Assembly (NCBI GenBank): GCA_965208615.1
Contig: CBDBPB010000009.1
Span: forward strand, 1-64,000
Reading direction: 5' to 3'
From: Spirochaetota bacterium
GTDB taxonomy: Bacteria > Spirochaetota > UBA6919 > CBDBPB01
DNA: 64,000 nt
Shown piece by piece: positions 52,398-63,173 of the stretch; within the stretch, counting starts at the first letter, position 1, and every line of letters starts with the position of its first letter. The translations under genes were made by a program, and so were the position numbers. Under the pieces are notes generated by a model. It saw only the letters and a program-made list of their open reading frames with translations. It ran no database searches and was not told where the DNA came from.

Positions 52398-52922
52398 ATG
52401 CTCAGACTTAAAAATATTATTATTTTGCTTATATTAACGGCTTTCTATTTCTTAATACCCAAAACCCTAATAGCAAATATTGGAGTATACAACAATAATA
52501 ATTATTTTATAAAAAAACTATCCAATAGGTTTAAATTAAAAAAATACTTACACAAAAAAAAAATAAATAATAAAACTACCCTAACCTTTAGAGACTATCG
52601 TAACATAAAACTAGGGATAATATTATGGTTTAAGTTTGCCCCTAAAAAAGAGGATAAGTCATTAAAATCTATATATATTTTATCCAAGTATAACTTAAAG
52701 GCTATAAAAATAGGCCGGTATTTTATAAGCCATCTAAGGGCGGATAAAAAAGCTAAAATACGCTGGAAAAAATATTTAAATAAAGTCTCCTTTGAAAAAA
52801 CAAAAATCCTATACAAAGAAAAAGGACAAATTAATTACTATTTAACCTGTCTTACCCAAAAGATTTATAATCCCAAAAAGAAAAAAAACATTTATCACCT
52901 AAGATTAAAAATTATACAATAA
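52398..52922 (+). CDS. Hypothetical exported basic protein
   Basis: 174-aa ORF with a signal-like N-terminus; Lys-rich. Confidence 0.5.
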   Translation: MLRLKNIIILLILTAFYFLIPKTLIANIGVYNNNNYFIKKLSNRFKLKKYLHKKKINNKTTLTFRDYRNIKLGIILWFKFAPKKEDKSLKSIYILSKYNLKAIKIGRYFISHLRADKKAKIRWKKYLNKVSFEKTKILYKEKGQINYYLTCLTQKIYNPKKKKNIYHLRLKIIQ

Positions 52923-52995
52923 TTTTACCCTAAAAAAAATAAGTATCTTTTTAAAGAGTGTTTAATAAATTATTACTATTAACAAGGTAAAACAA

Positions 52996-54543
52996 TTGAT
53001 AACTATTTTAATAATATCCCGTAATAAAAATAATATAGTCAATTATAAAAACATCCTAACTACAACAAATATAAATAGATTTTTAATAACTAATTCTTAC
53101 TCAAAAATAAATAATATCATCAATAATAATGCCGTAAACCTAATAATAACTGATAGTTTAACAGATCCATCCAAGCTTTTTAATACCCTTAAAAAAAATA
53201 AAACTATAGCAGTATTATTTGTCCTGCCTACCGGAAGCTCAAGCAATAAAGTTAAAAGTGATAGTCTATACAAAAATATAGAGTTTATAGCTAACCCTAT
53301 AAACAAAAAAACCTTTATTTGTATGATAAACAAGCTATTAAAATCAAACCTTAAATATAATAACACGACCTCAGAAAAAACACAATATAAGCTAAAAAGC
53401 CTTAACTCTAACAATGATCCTATATATATCCTTGGTTTAGATAGAAATTATAATATTGTTATGGAAAATAGCCTTCGTAAGAAACCATTATCAAGCTATT
53501 TTGGCACTATATTAAACAAAGATTTTATAAAGCTGTTATCACCCTATATTAACCCTTCTAGCAACATAAAGGATGAGCTTGAAAATAATAGAACCTTTAA
53601 GTTTAAAACCGTCCTCCCTGATAAAAACATTAATCTAACTTTAGAGTGGAGTATAATAGCTATTAATACAAAATCCAATCCTAATTTTATATGCCTTGCC
53701 AAAAAAGCTAAAAATACTAAAGTCAATAATAAAAATAAAGAATCAGACATAATAGAAAGTACCACAAAGATTAACAATAACTTAAAGGATAAAATAATAG
53801 ATAATATGAACCATGAACTAAGAACCCCTCTCAATAGTATTATAGGGTTTTCAAAATTGCTAAAGTCCGTTGATAACTCTAACATTAACAAAAATGATAT
53901 TATAAACTATTCAACATATATCCATAACAATGCCCTTAGACTCCTCAACTCAATAAACAAGGTAGTAGATACCGCTAAAATAGAACTTGGAAAAATTAAA
54001 ATTAATACAGAAAAAATCATGATAAAAGAATATATTAATGAAATCTTATTACCCCTTAAAAATATTGCTAATCAAAATAATATTAAAATCTACTTCAACC
54101 CTGATAGCGATATAGACAGCATTATTAGCGATAGTGAAAAGCTAAATACAATACTATATAACATCCTAAGCAATGCAATAAAATATAATAAGGTCAACGG
54201 TAAGATATTTATCTCTTATTCAAAGTCGGGATATAACAATATACTCTTTTCAATTAAGGATACCGGTATTGGAATTAAGTCGGAATATAAAAATAGTATA
54301 TTTAAAGAGTTTGCTAAAGCTGGTGAAAATAATTACTTAGCCTCCAAAAGAGGTATTGGATTAGGATTAACTATCTGTAAAAAACTGATTAACCTTATGG
54401 GGGGGGATATATGGTTAAACTCTATATATGGTCAAGAGACTACTTTCTATTTTACCCTTCCAGTTCAACTTATTATTAGCAAAAATAAAGAACTAAATAC
54501 TATGCCTAACTGCCAAACACAGACTACTATACAAAACAAATAA
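52996..54543 (+). CDS. Cytoplasmic histidine kinase with an N-terminal degenerate receiver domain
   Basis: HELRTPLNSIIGF, NILSNAIKY, DTGIGI and GIGLGL motifs; no TM segment. Confidence 0.88.
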   Translation: MITILIISRNKNNIVNYKNILTTTNINRFLITNSYSKINNIINNNAVNLIITDSLTDPSKLFNTLKKNKTIAVLFVLPTGSSSNKVKSDSLYKNIEFIANPINKKTFICMINKLLKSNLKYNNTTSEKTQYKLKSLNSNNDPIYILGLDRNYNIVMENSLRKKPLSSYFGTILNKDFIKLLSPYINPSSNIKDELENNRTFKFKTVLPDKNINLTLEWSIIAINTKSNPNFICLAKKAKNTKVNNKNKESDIIESTTKINNNLKDKIIDNMNHELRTPLNSIIGFSKLLKSVDNSNINKNDIINYSTYIHNNALRLLNSINKVVDTAKIELGKIKINTEKIMIKEYINEILLPLKNIANQNNIKIYFNPDSDIDSIISDSEKLNTILYNILSNAIKYNKVNGKIFISYSKSGYNNILFSIKDTGIGIKSEYKNSIFKEFAKAGENNYLASKRGIGLGLTICKKLINLMGGDIWLNSIYGQETTFYFTLPVQLIISKNKELNTMPNCQTQTTIQNK

Positions 54544-54558
54544 CTTATAAATATAAAA

Positions 54559-56589
54559 CTACTTAGTTTTACTCAATTTTATAAATATGGTATCTAATAT
54601 AGGATTAACCCTATCAATTAACACCGTAACCCTTTGATTTAGCTTAAAATAAGCGGTAGTATTTAAAATAGTCTGAAGGAAAACCTCTTGAATTTCTACA
54701 AGATAACCATTATTTGCTTTTCTCAAAACAATAGCCTCGAATGAACGACCCTTTTCTTGTTTTAGGTACTTCAATAACCAATATCTTGATGTGTCCCTTT
54801 CTATAGCCTTTATCTCTTTAGAAGCTTTATCAGCGGTTGCCGCAACTATTTGAATATCTTGTTTTGAATAGTATGGCTTGTTTTTAGAAGATAAAAAACT
54901 CTTTAACTGCCTGTGAATAATTAAATCATGATAACGACGTATAGGTGAACTTATCTGAGTGTATACATATAAGCCTAATGCAAAGTGTTTTCTTGGAATA
55001 AAGTCTATTTCAGACTTTTTCATCTTCTTTAGCTGGTCAAAAAGATTAGCCTTATCATTATCAACCAATACAATATCTTTATCAGGAGGCTCCTGACATA
55101 TATAGATGGATGAAATACCATTTAAATAGCAAAATACCGCAGATAAATGATTAATAAATATCATAAGCTCCTTAACTATTAGATCACTTTTAAAATTATG
55201 CTTGTCAATATCCAATTCAATTCTTTTATCCCTAAGTACCCTTATTTTTATATCAGGATTGTTAAACTCTATGGCTCCATCCGACTCACGCTTAAGCCTA
55301 AGAGCGTTTGCCACCCTATAAAGAAGCTCTAAGGGCTTATCAGAGTCAATTAGCTCATGCACCTCTTTATAAGTCATATTCTTATTCACAACAACTACAG
55401 ATTGGACTATGTTATAATCAACCATATTAAAACTATGATCAAAGTTAATCATAAAGCTAGTACAAGGTCTTAACTCCCCCTCAATCAAGCTAAACTTATA
55501 GTCAGATAAAGACTCCGGGAACATGGATATCTTCTCTAAGGGTAAATATACGGTTAAACCCCTATGCAATGCCTCAGAATCAAGTGCAGAACCCGCATCT
55601 ATAAAATGGGATACGTCAGTAATGTGTACCCAAACAATATATTTATCATCCTTTATTTCAAAGGATATAGCATCATCAATATCCTTGGTATACTTATCAT
55701 CAATGGTTATTGTATGCAAATGTCTAAGGTCTAATCTATCCCCAATATCCTTTTCCAAAAAGCCTTTTATTTGCTTAGCCTCTTCTAATGCCTTTTCTCC
55801 AAAAGTAGTGGGAATGTTATACTTTAAAATAGAAAGATTTTCATCCTCCTTAAATATTCCAAGCTGCTGAAAGAGTATATATAAACTCTCAATAACTGTC
55901 TTAGACATCTTAAATCCACAATGTTTTTTCATAGTCTCTAAAATATCAAGAGCAACATCCTTTTTGTCATATAAATCTCTAAATAATACATACTGCTTTA
56001 AAGGCTCAATATATCTAATAACCTCCAAAGGAATCTCTAACTTATCATTATTACCAGAAATAAAGTCCTTAAGCCATCTGATAACAATATCCATATTTTG
56101 TTGCTTCTTTTTAAGACTACGCTCATACCTATCTCTCTCTTCTATTTTAGCGCTAACTGCCTTATATGTATTGGGATAAAAGCGTCCATGTTTAAGCTTA
56201 AAGTATGTAGAGTCGTTTGACAAGGCAATTATCATTATTACTATATTTTCATTAGAACTATGATTATCAAAATATAACTCAGCCATATAAAGTGGAGTAA
56301 AACCCTCTTCTTCCTCACAAAGAAGCTCGTATAACTCTTTTATAGAAACACTTTTAGACTCATTTTCTAAGTTATCACGAATACTTTTAACTTCTCTTGC
56401 TATCTCAAAGTCTTTTCTATCAACAGAAATAACCTTATTAAGGCTAACCTCTAACTTATCCAATAACATATTAGACTTTTTATTATTCTCCGAAAGAAGA
56501 ACTAATTTATCCCCCTTTCTGTCCACCACAATACCTAACAAAAAGTTATTTCTCTCACGATAAGCAACTAGTTCACCTATTTTTGCCAT
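54559..56589 (-). CDS. RNB-domain exoribonuclease (RNase II/R family)
   Basis: TIDDKYTKDIDDAIS, VHITD and HFALG..VYTQISSPIRRY.DL motifs. Confidence 0.92.
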   Translation of the reverse strand: MAKIGELVAYRERNNFLLGIVVDRKGDKLVLLSENNKKSNMLLDKLEVSLNKVISVDRKDFEIAREVKSIRDNLENESKSVSIKELYELLCEEEEGFTPLYMAELYFDNHSSNENIVIMIIALSNDSTYFKLKHGRFYPNTYKAVSAKIEERDRYERSLKKKQQNMDIVIRWLKDFISGNNDKLEIPLEVIRYIEPLKQYVLFRDLYDKKDVALDILETMKKHCGFKMSKTVIESLYILFQQLGIFKEDENLSILKYNIPTTFGEKALEEAKQIKGFLEKDIGDRLDLRHLHTITIDDKYTKDIDDAISFEIKDDKYIVWVHITDVSHFIDAGSALDSEALHRGLTVYLPLEKISMFPESLSDYKFSLIEGELRPCTSFMINFDHSFNMVDYNIVQSVVVVNKNMTYKEVHELIDSDKPLELLYRVANALRLKRESDGAIEFNNPDIKIRVLRDKRIELDIDKHNFKSDLIVKELMIFINHLSAVFCYLNGISSIYICQEPPDKDIVLVDNDKANLFDQLKKMKKSEIDFIPRKHFALGLYVYTQISSPIRRYHDLIIHRQLKSFLSSKNKPYYSKQDIQIVAATADKASKEIKAIERDTSRYWLLKYLKQEKGRSFEAIVLRKANNGYLVEIQEVFLQTILNTTAYFKLNQRVTVLIDRVNPILDTIFIKLSKTK

Positions 56590-56701
56590 AGTCTAAAAAT
56601 ACCTGTTTTTTTTGTTGTATAAAATACACTAATATATTACTAATATTAACTCGAAACTAAAAATAATTTTAAGCAACTTTAAGAGAAAAATAAAGCTAAT
56701 G

Positions 56702-58048
56702 TTAGTTATTAACCTTATACAGAGAATTAAAGTGGGTAAAATAATGAGGAAAGGTTTTTGATACGCAGTTAGGATCAAGAATAACGAGTCCTCGGACTTT
56801 TAATCCAGCTAAAGAGAATGCCATAGCCATTCTATGATCATCATAAGTAGAAATATTAGCAGGCTTATATTTATCCACAGGTTGTATAATAATACCATCA
56901 TCCATTTCTGTAATGTCTGCCCCAAGCTTTTTTAACTCATTACATAGTGCAGTTATTCTGTCAGTCTCCTTTAGCCTCATATTATACACATTTCTAATTA
57001 TAGTTTTTCCCTTAACAAATAAAGCTATAACAGCAAGAGTCTGTGCAACGTCAGATATGTCATTCATATCAACATCCACACCCTTTAGTTTAGTATTAGC
57101 ATTTCTATAAACAGTAATAGAGTTATCCCCATAAGAAACCAAACAACCCATTTCTTCTAATATAGACAAAAACCGAAGATCTCCCTGAACGCTGTTTTTA
57201 GTAATATTATTAACAGTAAGCTCTCCACCACAAATAGCAACGGCTCCAAAAAAATAAGAAGCATTAGAAGCATCCCCCTCAATAATATAATTATTTAGGG
57301 GTTTATAGTTCTGAGGCTCAATAGTTATAGATTTATAACTACTATCATAACTAACAGATAAACTACCAAAGTCATTCATGACCTTTTTAGTAATATCAAT
57401 ATAGGGCTTGGATACCAAATCACCATCTATATCAATATGGATATTATTATTAGCATAACAACCAGAAAGCATAATGGATGAAAAAAATTGACTGCTAATA
57501 TTACCCTTCATGCTAACCCTTCCGCCACTAAGACCCTTAGCTCTAATTTTAATAGGGGGATAGCCATCCTTATCAACATATAATATATTAGCACCAAGAC
57601 TATTAAGTCCATCAACTAAATCTTTTATAGGTCTATTTTTCATACGTTCATTTCCAGTTAAAATAAACTCACCTTGTCCGAGGGTCAAAAATGTTGTCAG
57701 GAAACGAAGTGCAGTACCTGCATTACCAACATAAACAGGATTAGAAATATAGTTAAAGTTAAGCCCCTTACTAAAAACGGTAATCTCATTGCTATATTCA
57801 CTAGCTTCAATAGTAATACCCAAGCTAGTAAGGGCATCTATCATATATTTTGTATCATCACTAAAAAGTGCATTAGTCATAGAAGTTTTACCATTAGCTA
57901 ATGCCGCTATAACTAAAGCTCTATTGGTAATGCTTTTTGAACCAGGAATATTTATACTAGCTCTAATTTCATGGTTTATAGGCTTAATAAGTTTAGAATG
58001 ATTCTTTTTGCCTATTTTAACATTATTATCATAATCGCTATCAGCTAT
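56702..58048 (-). CDS. aroA: 3-phosphoshikimate 1-carboxyvinyltransferase; frame extends 56 codons upstream of the annotated ATG, probable ATA start
   Basis: IPGSKSITNRALV is in frame upstream of 57880; GNAGTALRF, SSQF, KETDRI and DHRMAM motifs. Confidence 0.95.
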   Translation of the reverse strand: MADSDYDNNVKIGKKNHSKLIKPINHEIRASINIPGSKSITNRALVIAALANGKTSMTNALFSDDTKYMIDALTSLGITIEASEYSNEITVFSKGLNFNYISNPVYVGNAGTALRFLTTFLTLGQGEFILTGNERMKNRPIKDLVDGLNSLGANILYVDKDGYPPIKIRAKGLSGGRVSMKGNISSQFFSSIMLSGCYANNNIHIDIDGDLVSKPYIDITKKVMNDFGSLSVSYDSSYKSITIEPQNYKPLNNYIIEGDASNASYFFGAVAICGGELTVNNITKNSVQGDLRFLSILEEMGCLVSYGDNSITVYRNANTKLKGVDVDMNDISDVAQTLAVIALFVKGKTIIRNVYNMRLKETDRITALCNELKKLGADITEMDDGIIIQPVDKYKPANISTYDDHRMAMAFSLAGLKVRGLVILDPNCVSKTFPHYFTHFNSLYKVNN

Positions 58049-58076
58049 CCTATTTCTCCACTATAAGTTGTAATTC

Positions 58077-58568
58077 TTAGTTGTCAATAGTAAGGGGTTT
58101 ACTATCATCCTCTTCAAATTCTACTATAAGATCCTTCTTGCGCCTAGTTTTTTTAATCCTTCTTTTAATTTTTCTCTTAACCTTTTTTTTAACTTTTTTA
58201 TAAGCTCTCTTTTTAGGCTTAACCGCTAAACTAAGCTTCTTTGTATACTTTTTAATAAGCATAATGATTTCTTTTTTCTGATTCTCATCAGCCTCTGGAT
58301 GTTTGTGATATTTGGCCTCATTCAGCTTATCAAGAGCATCATTATATTTATTATTTTTAGCAAAGTTTTTCGCATTATTTATAAGTATATCAATAGTATT
58401 ATTTTTTTTAATAATTTCCTCTTGCTTATTTTTATGAACTTCCTTTTTTCCATCTATTAAAAGTTCTCCAATTTCCTCTATGAAAAAAATCCCTATAAGC
58501 AGTATTAATAAAAGAATTATTATAGTTATAAAAATGGCATCAGCTTTTTTAAACCCTGACATTGTCAT
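58077..58568 (-). CDS. Membrane-anchored basic hypothetical protein
   Basis: GGAG RBS, N-terminal TM, one TPR-like helix pair and a Lys/Arg-rich tail. Confidence 0.6.
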   Translation of the reverse strand: MTMSGFKKADAIFITIIILLLILLIGIFFIEEIGELLIDGKKEVHKNKQEEIIKKNNTIDILINNAKNFAKNNKYNDALDKLNEAKYHKHPEADENQKKEIIMLIKKYTKKLSLAVKPKKRAYKKVKKKVKRKIKRRIKKTRRKKDLIVEFEEDDSKPLTIDN

Positions 58569-58714
58569 CTATCTCCATAATAAAGTAAAAATTATTGATT
58601 ATATTTAAACCCATATAAAACTAATACCACTAATTATTTTAAATAAGACAATACAGCTAAAAGTTATAAAGCTCTAAACACTATACCATAAACCTATTAT
58701 GAATTAGCTGTATT

Positions 58715-59458
58715 TTATTTTTCTATTTCGTTATATTCCTTCCCTTCTTTTTTTCCTTTATTTTTAACTATAAGGTTTTGAGAGTTTACTTTTACATTTC
58801 TATCCGATATATAAATATCTTTAGTATTTTTTCTTTTGTTATTCTGCTTATTTTTACTATTCTGTTCTTTACCCACGGCTCTACCAATATAGGTTTTGTA
58901 TTTATCTTTTTCAACCGGAAAGATAAAGTTTTTATTCTTCAATATATTAATAGCTTTTCTAACGCTTTCATACTGCAGGTTATTTGGAGCTTTTACTAAA
59001 TATATCTCCCATGCCTTAATGGTTTCATCTTTATTTTTAAGATTAAAATATATCATCCCCATATACAAATATATAGCCGGATATTTATCAGTTTTACTTC
59101 CTATATACCTATAGGTTTTTAGGGCATCTTTATACATCTTGGCACCCTGATAGCTTTTTGCTAAATTATACAAATAGATAATCTTTGTTTTACCTGAAAC
59201 TATATCCAAACCACGTTTATATGCCTCTATAGACTCAAGGAACATTTTCTTATGATTATATATATTACCCAAATAAAAGTATAAGTCATTTTTCATAGGA
59301 CTCTCTTTAAAAGCTCTCTCAAAGTAAACCAAAGCAAGTTCATACTTTTTTTTATTATAAAGAATAATTCCTTGATCATAGTTTGACAACACCTTAGATA
59401 GTAATAAGCTTGGAGTTAACAATAATATAACCAAGGTTATTTTCATTAAAGTTTTCAT
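58715..59458 (-). CDS. Exported tetratricopeptide repeat protein
   Basis: Signal peptide; about 4 TPR motifs (YFYLGNIY, YLYNLAKSY, YLYMGMIY). Confidence 0.82.
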   Translation of the reverse strand: MKTLMKITLVILLLTPSLLLSKVLSNYDQGIILYNKKKYELALVYFERAFKESPMKNDLYFYLGNIYNHKKMFLESIEAYKRGLDIVSGKTKIIYLYNLAKSYQGAKMYKDALKTYRYIGSKTDKYPAIYLYMGMIYFNLKNKDETIKAWEIYLVKAPNNLQYESVRKAINILKNKNFIFPVEKDKYKTYIGRAVGKEQNSKNKQNNKRKNTKDIYISDRNVKVNSQNLIVKNKGKKEGKEYNEIEK

Positions 59459-59620
59459 TTAGTTAGTCCTAATAGTAGTTTTAAAGTGGTATTAATGTAT
59501 ATTTATTTATTTTTTATATCTATCGGATACTTTTTTTTACTGTATAAAACATTTTATAAATAATTTATAACCTATTAGAGCCTATTCTATATTACCTTAT
59601 TTACAATTTTACATATTTTA

Positions 59621-59649
59621 TTGACAGAATAGTAAAATGTATATATAAT
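59621..59649 (+). promoter_or_regulatory. Perfect consensus sigma70 promoter
   Basis: TTGACA-N17-TATAAT. Confidence 0.7.
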
Positions 59650-59947
59650 TTATTTATTAACATTTTAGTTAGTCTATGTTTAAAACCCTCAATAATCCTT
59701 AGACTCTTCTAGCTTAAATAATTTCTCTAAGGAATAGTGCTAGTAAAAAAAACATTACATACAAAATAATATGTTAATAATATATTTTTACAGTTATAAA
59801 AATTATATGGCTTTTATTACTACTATATTACTTATATATAATAGTATAATTATAAAACTAAAGTAAAACATCTAAATATATATATTTATTAAATGTTATA
59901 TTAATAATTTTTAATTAAAAAAATAAATAGGAAAGAAAAACTTAAGT

Positions 59948-61315
59948 ATGGATAACTTATATATAATTATACCCAGCATAATAATAGCTGTAATTGTTAT
60001 TTTTCTTTTAATAAGACATTTTATATTTGCTAGTAAATTCGACCAAATACAAAACCATATAGAAAATAATAACACTAATGAGGCTATAAAACTTCTAAAA
60101 AAACTTATACATAAAAATGATAGAAATAGTACAGCTCACTTTTACCTTGGAGAAACATACTTTCGTGAAGAAAATTACGAATGGTCACTACCTCATTATA
60201 AAAAAGTTATTTCTATAAATAATTATAACTCAGAAATAACAGAGCTAAAAGTTAGAGAACGTCTTGCAGAAATATACCTCCACTTTAATAAACTTAAAGA
60301 AGCTCAAAAAGAATTCCTACTAATTTTAAATATGGAGCCTAATAACTATAAGCACTATTACCGAATAGGACAAATATTTTATCAACGACATTACAGAGAA
60401 AATGCAGGATTCTACTTTAAAAAAAGCCTAGAAATAAATCCAATACATGATGACTCCCTTTTCTATTTAGGAGAAATATTATATATAACTCAACGTTATC
60501 CAGAAGCACTAGAATATATGAAGCAATGTCTAAAAAGTAATCCAACATATCACAAAGCATATTATTATATAGGCATGAGCAACTTTATGTCTAAAAACTA
60601 TACCCGAGCTTTAAAAGATTTCGAAATAAGCGCTAGAGATTCAGAATTTAGATTAAGATCCCTCTTTCAATTAGGTAAAACCTCTGTAGAAAGCGGCAAT
60701 ATAGAAAAAGGCATCCTAGACCTTGAAAGAGCTATACAGTATATTACAAAAGAAGATAAAGTTACCGCCGCCTTAAGATATTATTTAGCTAGTACTTATG
60801 AGAGTATTCGAGATATATCATCTGCCATAGTCCAGTGGGAAATCATTGCTAACCATTATCCAGCTTATAAAAGCGTTAAAACTAAACTTGATGCCTATGG
60901 CGATATTAGAATGAATGACCAATTAAAAGATTTTATGACTGCATCAGAAAATCGCTTCGGAACAATCTCTAAACAAATAGTAGAAAACTTTGACTATAAC
61001 ATTATAAAAATGAAAATAACCAATAGGGGTGCTATTGCAACAATACTAACTAATGATAAAGAAAGTGAATGGCGAAATGTAAGAAAAACAAAGCAACTAT
61101 TTAAAATATACAGAATAAGTGATAAAATTGGTGATAACACTATTAGGGAAATACTAGAAGAGGTAAAAGAAATGGGTGCAGTAAAAAGCTTTTGTATTAC
61201 TAGCTCTGAGTTTACAAGACAGGCTAATGAATATGCCAGTACTCGTCCTATAGAACTTTTTGATAAAAATAATATATCTAACTTATTGTCTAATCAAAAT
61301 AATAAAATTAGTTAG
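59948..61315 (+). CDS. Membrane-anchored TPR protein with a C-terminal Mrr-like restriction-endonuclease-fold domain
   Basis: N-terminal TM, about 8 TPRs, and C-terminal IREIL...GAVKSFCITSSEFTRQANEYASTRPIELFD. Confidence 0.78.
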   Translation: MDNLYIIIPSIIIAVIVIFLLIRHFIFASKFDQIQNHIENNNTNEAIKLLKKLIHKNDRNSTAHFYLGETYFREENYEWSLPHYKKVISINNYNSEITELKVRERLAEIYLHFNKLKEAQKEFLLILNMEPNNYKHYYRIGQIFYQRHYRENAGFYFKKSLEINPIHDDSLFYLGEILYITQRYPEALEYMKQCLKSNPTYHKAYYYIGMSNFMSKNYTRALKDFEISARDSEFRLRSLFQLGKTSVESGNIEKGILDLERAIQYITKEDKVTAALRYYLASTYESIRDISSAIVQWEIIANHYPAYKSVKTKLDAYGDIRMNDQLKDFMTASENRFGTISKQIVENFDYNIIKMKITNRGAIATILTNDKESEWRNVRKTKQLFKIYRISDKIGDNTIREILEEVKEMGAVKSFCITSSEFTRQANEYASTRPIELFDKNNISNLLSNQNNKIS

Positions 61316-61355
61316 TACTCCATAAATATATATTATATATTTAATCCAGAGGTAA

Positions 61356-61778
61356 ATGATGACCGATATTGCTAAAGTCATTAAGGTAGAGGGTAATAAG
61401 GTTATAGCTGAGGTACAGCCTTCAGACAACTGTGGATCATGTAATGCCTGTTATGGAGCAAATCAAAAAACAAACTCCCTAACCCTTTTAAACCTAATAA
61501 ACGCTAAAAAAAATGACCTCATCATTGTTGAAATTAGTGAATCAAAAAGCATCCAGCTCTCTATTTTGGTTTATATATTCCCAATAATAATGATGATCTT
61601 GGGGTATTTTTTGGGAGAACTTTTAATACAAAGTAAAGATAGTGATAATCCCTTTGCAGTCGGCTTATCTGTGGTATTTTTGCTTATCTCATTCTTAGTT
61701 ATATATTTTATAGATAAAAAAAATAAGGGTTTTTCTCCGCAAATAACCGGCTTCTATAAAAAGCATAGTCCAGAATAA
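61356..61778 (+). CDS. RseC/MucC family (SoxR-reducing system) protein
   Basis: CGSCNAC, AKKNDLIIVE and LVYIFP motifs plus two TMs. Confidence 0.85.
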   Translation: MMTDIAKVIKVEGNKVIAEVQPSDNCGSCNACYGANQKTNSLTLLNLINAKKNDLIIVEISESKSIQLSILVYIFPIIMMILGYFLGELLIQSKDSDNPFAVGLSVVFLLISFLVIYFIDKKNKGFSPQITGFYKKHSPE

Positions 61779-61917
61779 ATATTAGACCATTGACAATATA
61801 AAATAACCGTTAATAAATATTTTTTACTACTTAAACTTACTCTACAACCTTTTTATTATATTTCTATTAATAAAACAACACTTAACTTAATAAATATTAC
61901 CACACAGCTAAAGGTAT

Positions 61918-63144
61918 ATGAAAATGCTTAATTTGACCAAAATTACAAAAATAACCATAGGATTAATTATCATACTAATAGGTGTTAGTTCTGCTATATA
62001 TTACTACTCCGGAAACATGAGTAAAATAACAAGGTATTTTAAAAAAAGTAATACTAATAATAATACTACAAAAGAACATAATGCTAAATATATTAAAATA
62101 GCTGATAGTAATTTCTATACCTCTGCACAAAATAATAACAGCAGGTATTCCGATCTCGATGAAGAAATAAATATTAAAGTCTATAAAAAAGTTAGTCCCG
62201 GAGTAGTAAATATTATTACCAAAGTGTTTAGCTATAATTTTATATTTGAACCCATAATTAGAGAGGGAGCTGGCTCAGGATCCGTTATCAATAAAAAAGG
62301 ACATATATTAACTAATTATCACGTTATAAGGTCTGCCAGTAGGCTAGAGGTAACTTTAAGTAATAATAAAAAATATCCTGCAAAGGTTGTTGGAGTGGAT
62401 ATAGAAGATGATTTAGCAATAATAAAAATTAAGGCTCCCCCTAATGAACTCCATCCAATTAAGATAGCTGACTCAAATAAGCTCAGAGTAGGACAAAAAG
62501 TTTTAGCTATAGGCAATCCATTTGGCCTAGAGAGAACCTTAACTACTGGTATTATTAGTTCCTTGGGTAGAACTATTAAAGGAGCATCAGGTGAGCTCAT
62601 AGAAGGAGTTATACAAACTGATGCGGCTATTAATCCCGGTAACTCTGGTGGGCCTCTTCTTAACAGCGATGGTAACCTCATTGGAGTAAATACATCTATT
62701 TTTAGTCCTTCTGGTGGTGGTAATATAGGAATTGGTTTTGCTGTCCCTAGTAATACTGTTAGATTTGTTATTAATGACCTAGTCAACTATGGTAGAGTAA
62801 GACGCTCAACCATGGGAATATCTGGATTTCCTCTTTCTAAAATACAGGGATTAGCTAAATACTTAAAACTACCCGTTAAAAATGGTATTGTCGTTGTAGA
62901 AGCTACAAAAAATCTACCAGCTAATAAAGCCGGTATTAGGGGCTATAACAAAATATTAAGAGTTGGCAATTTAGAGATACCTGTTGGCGGCGATATTATT
63001 ATTAAAATCAACAACAGAAATATTAAAAATGGAAAAGATGTCTCTCTAGCATTTAGAAAAAAACGACCCGGTAATATTGTAACCGTTACCATTGTTAGGA
63101 ATAACAAAATTAAAAAAATTAAAGTTAGACTAGTCAGTCAATAA
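61918..63144 (+). CDS. HtrA/DegP-like serine protease with PDZ domain
   Basis: GSGSV, LTNYHV, AIGNPFG and IQTDAAINPGNSGGPL motifs; C-terminal PDZ. Confidence 0.95.
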   Translation: MKMLNLTKITKITIGLIIILIGVSSAIYYYSGNMSKITRYFKKSNTNNNTTKEHNAKYIKIADSNFYTSAQNNNSRYSDLDEEINIKVYKKVSPGVVNIITKVFSYNFIFEPIIREGAGSGSVINKKGHILTNYHVIRSASRLEVTLSNNKKYPAKVVGVDIEDDLAIIKIKAPPNELHPIKIADSNKLRVGQKVLAIGNPFGLERTLTTGIISSLGRTIKGASGELIEGVIQTDAAINPGNSGGPLLNSDGNLIGVNTSIFSPSGGGNIGIGFAVPSNTVRFVINDLVNYGRVRRSTMGISGFPLSKIQGLAKYLKLPVKNGIVVVEATKNLPANKAGIRGYNKILRVGNLEIPVGGDIIIKINNRNIKNGKDVSLAFRKKRPGNIVTVTIVRNNKIKKIKVRLVSQ

Positions 63145-63173
63145 ATATATCAGCAAAAAAATGGCGAATAAAT

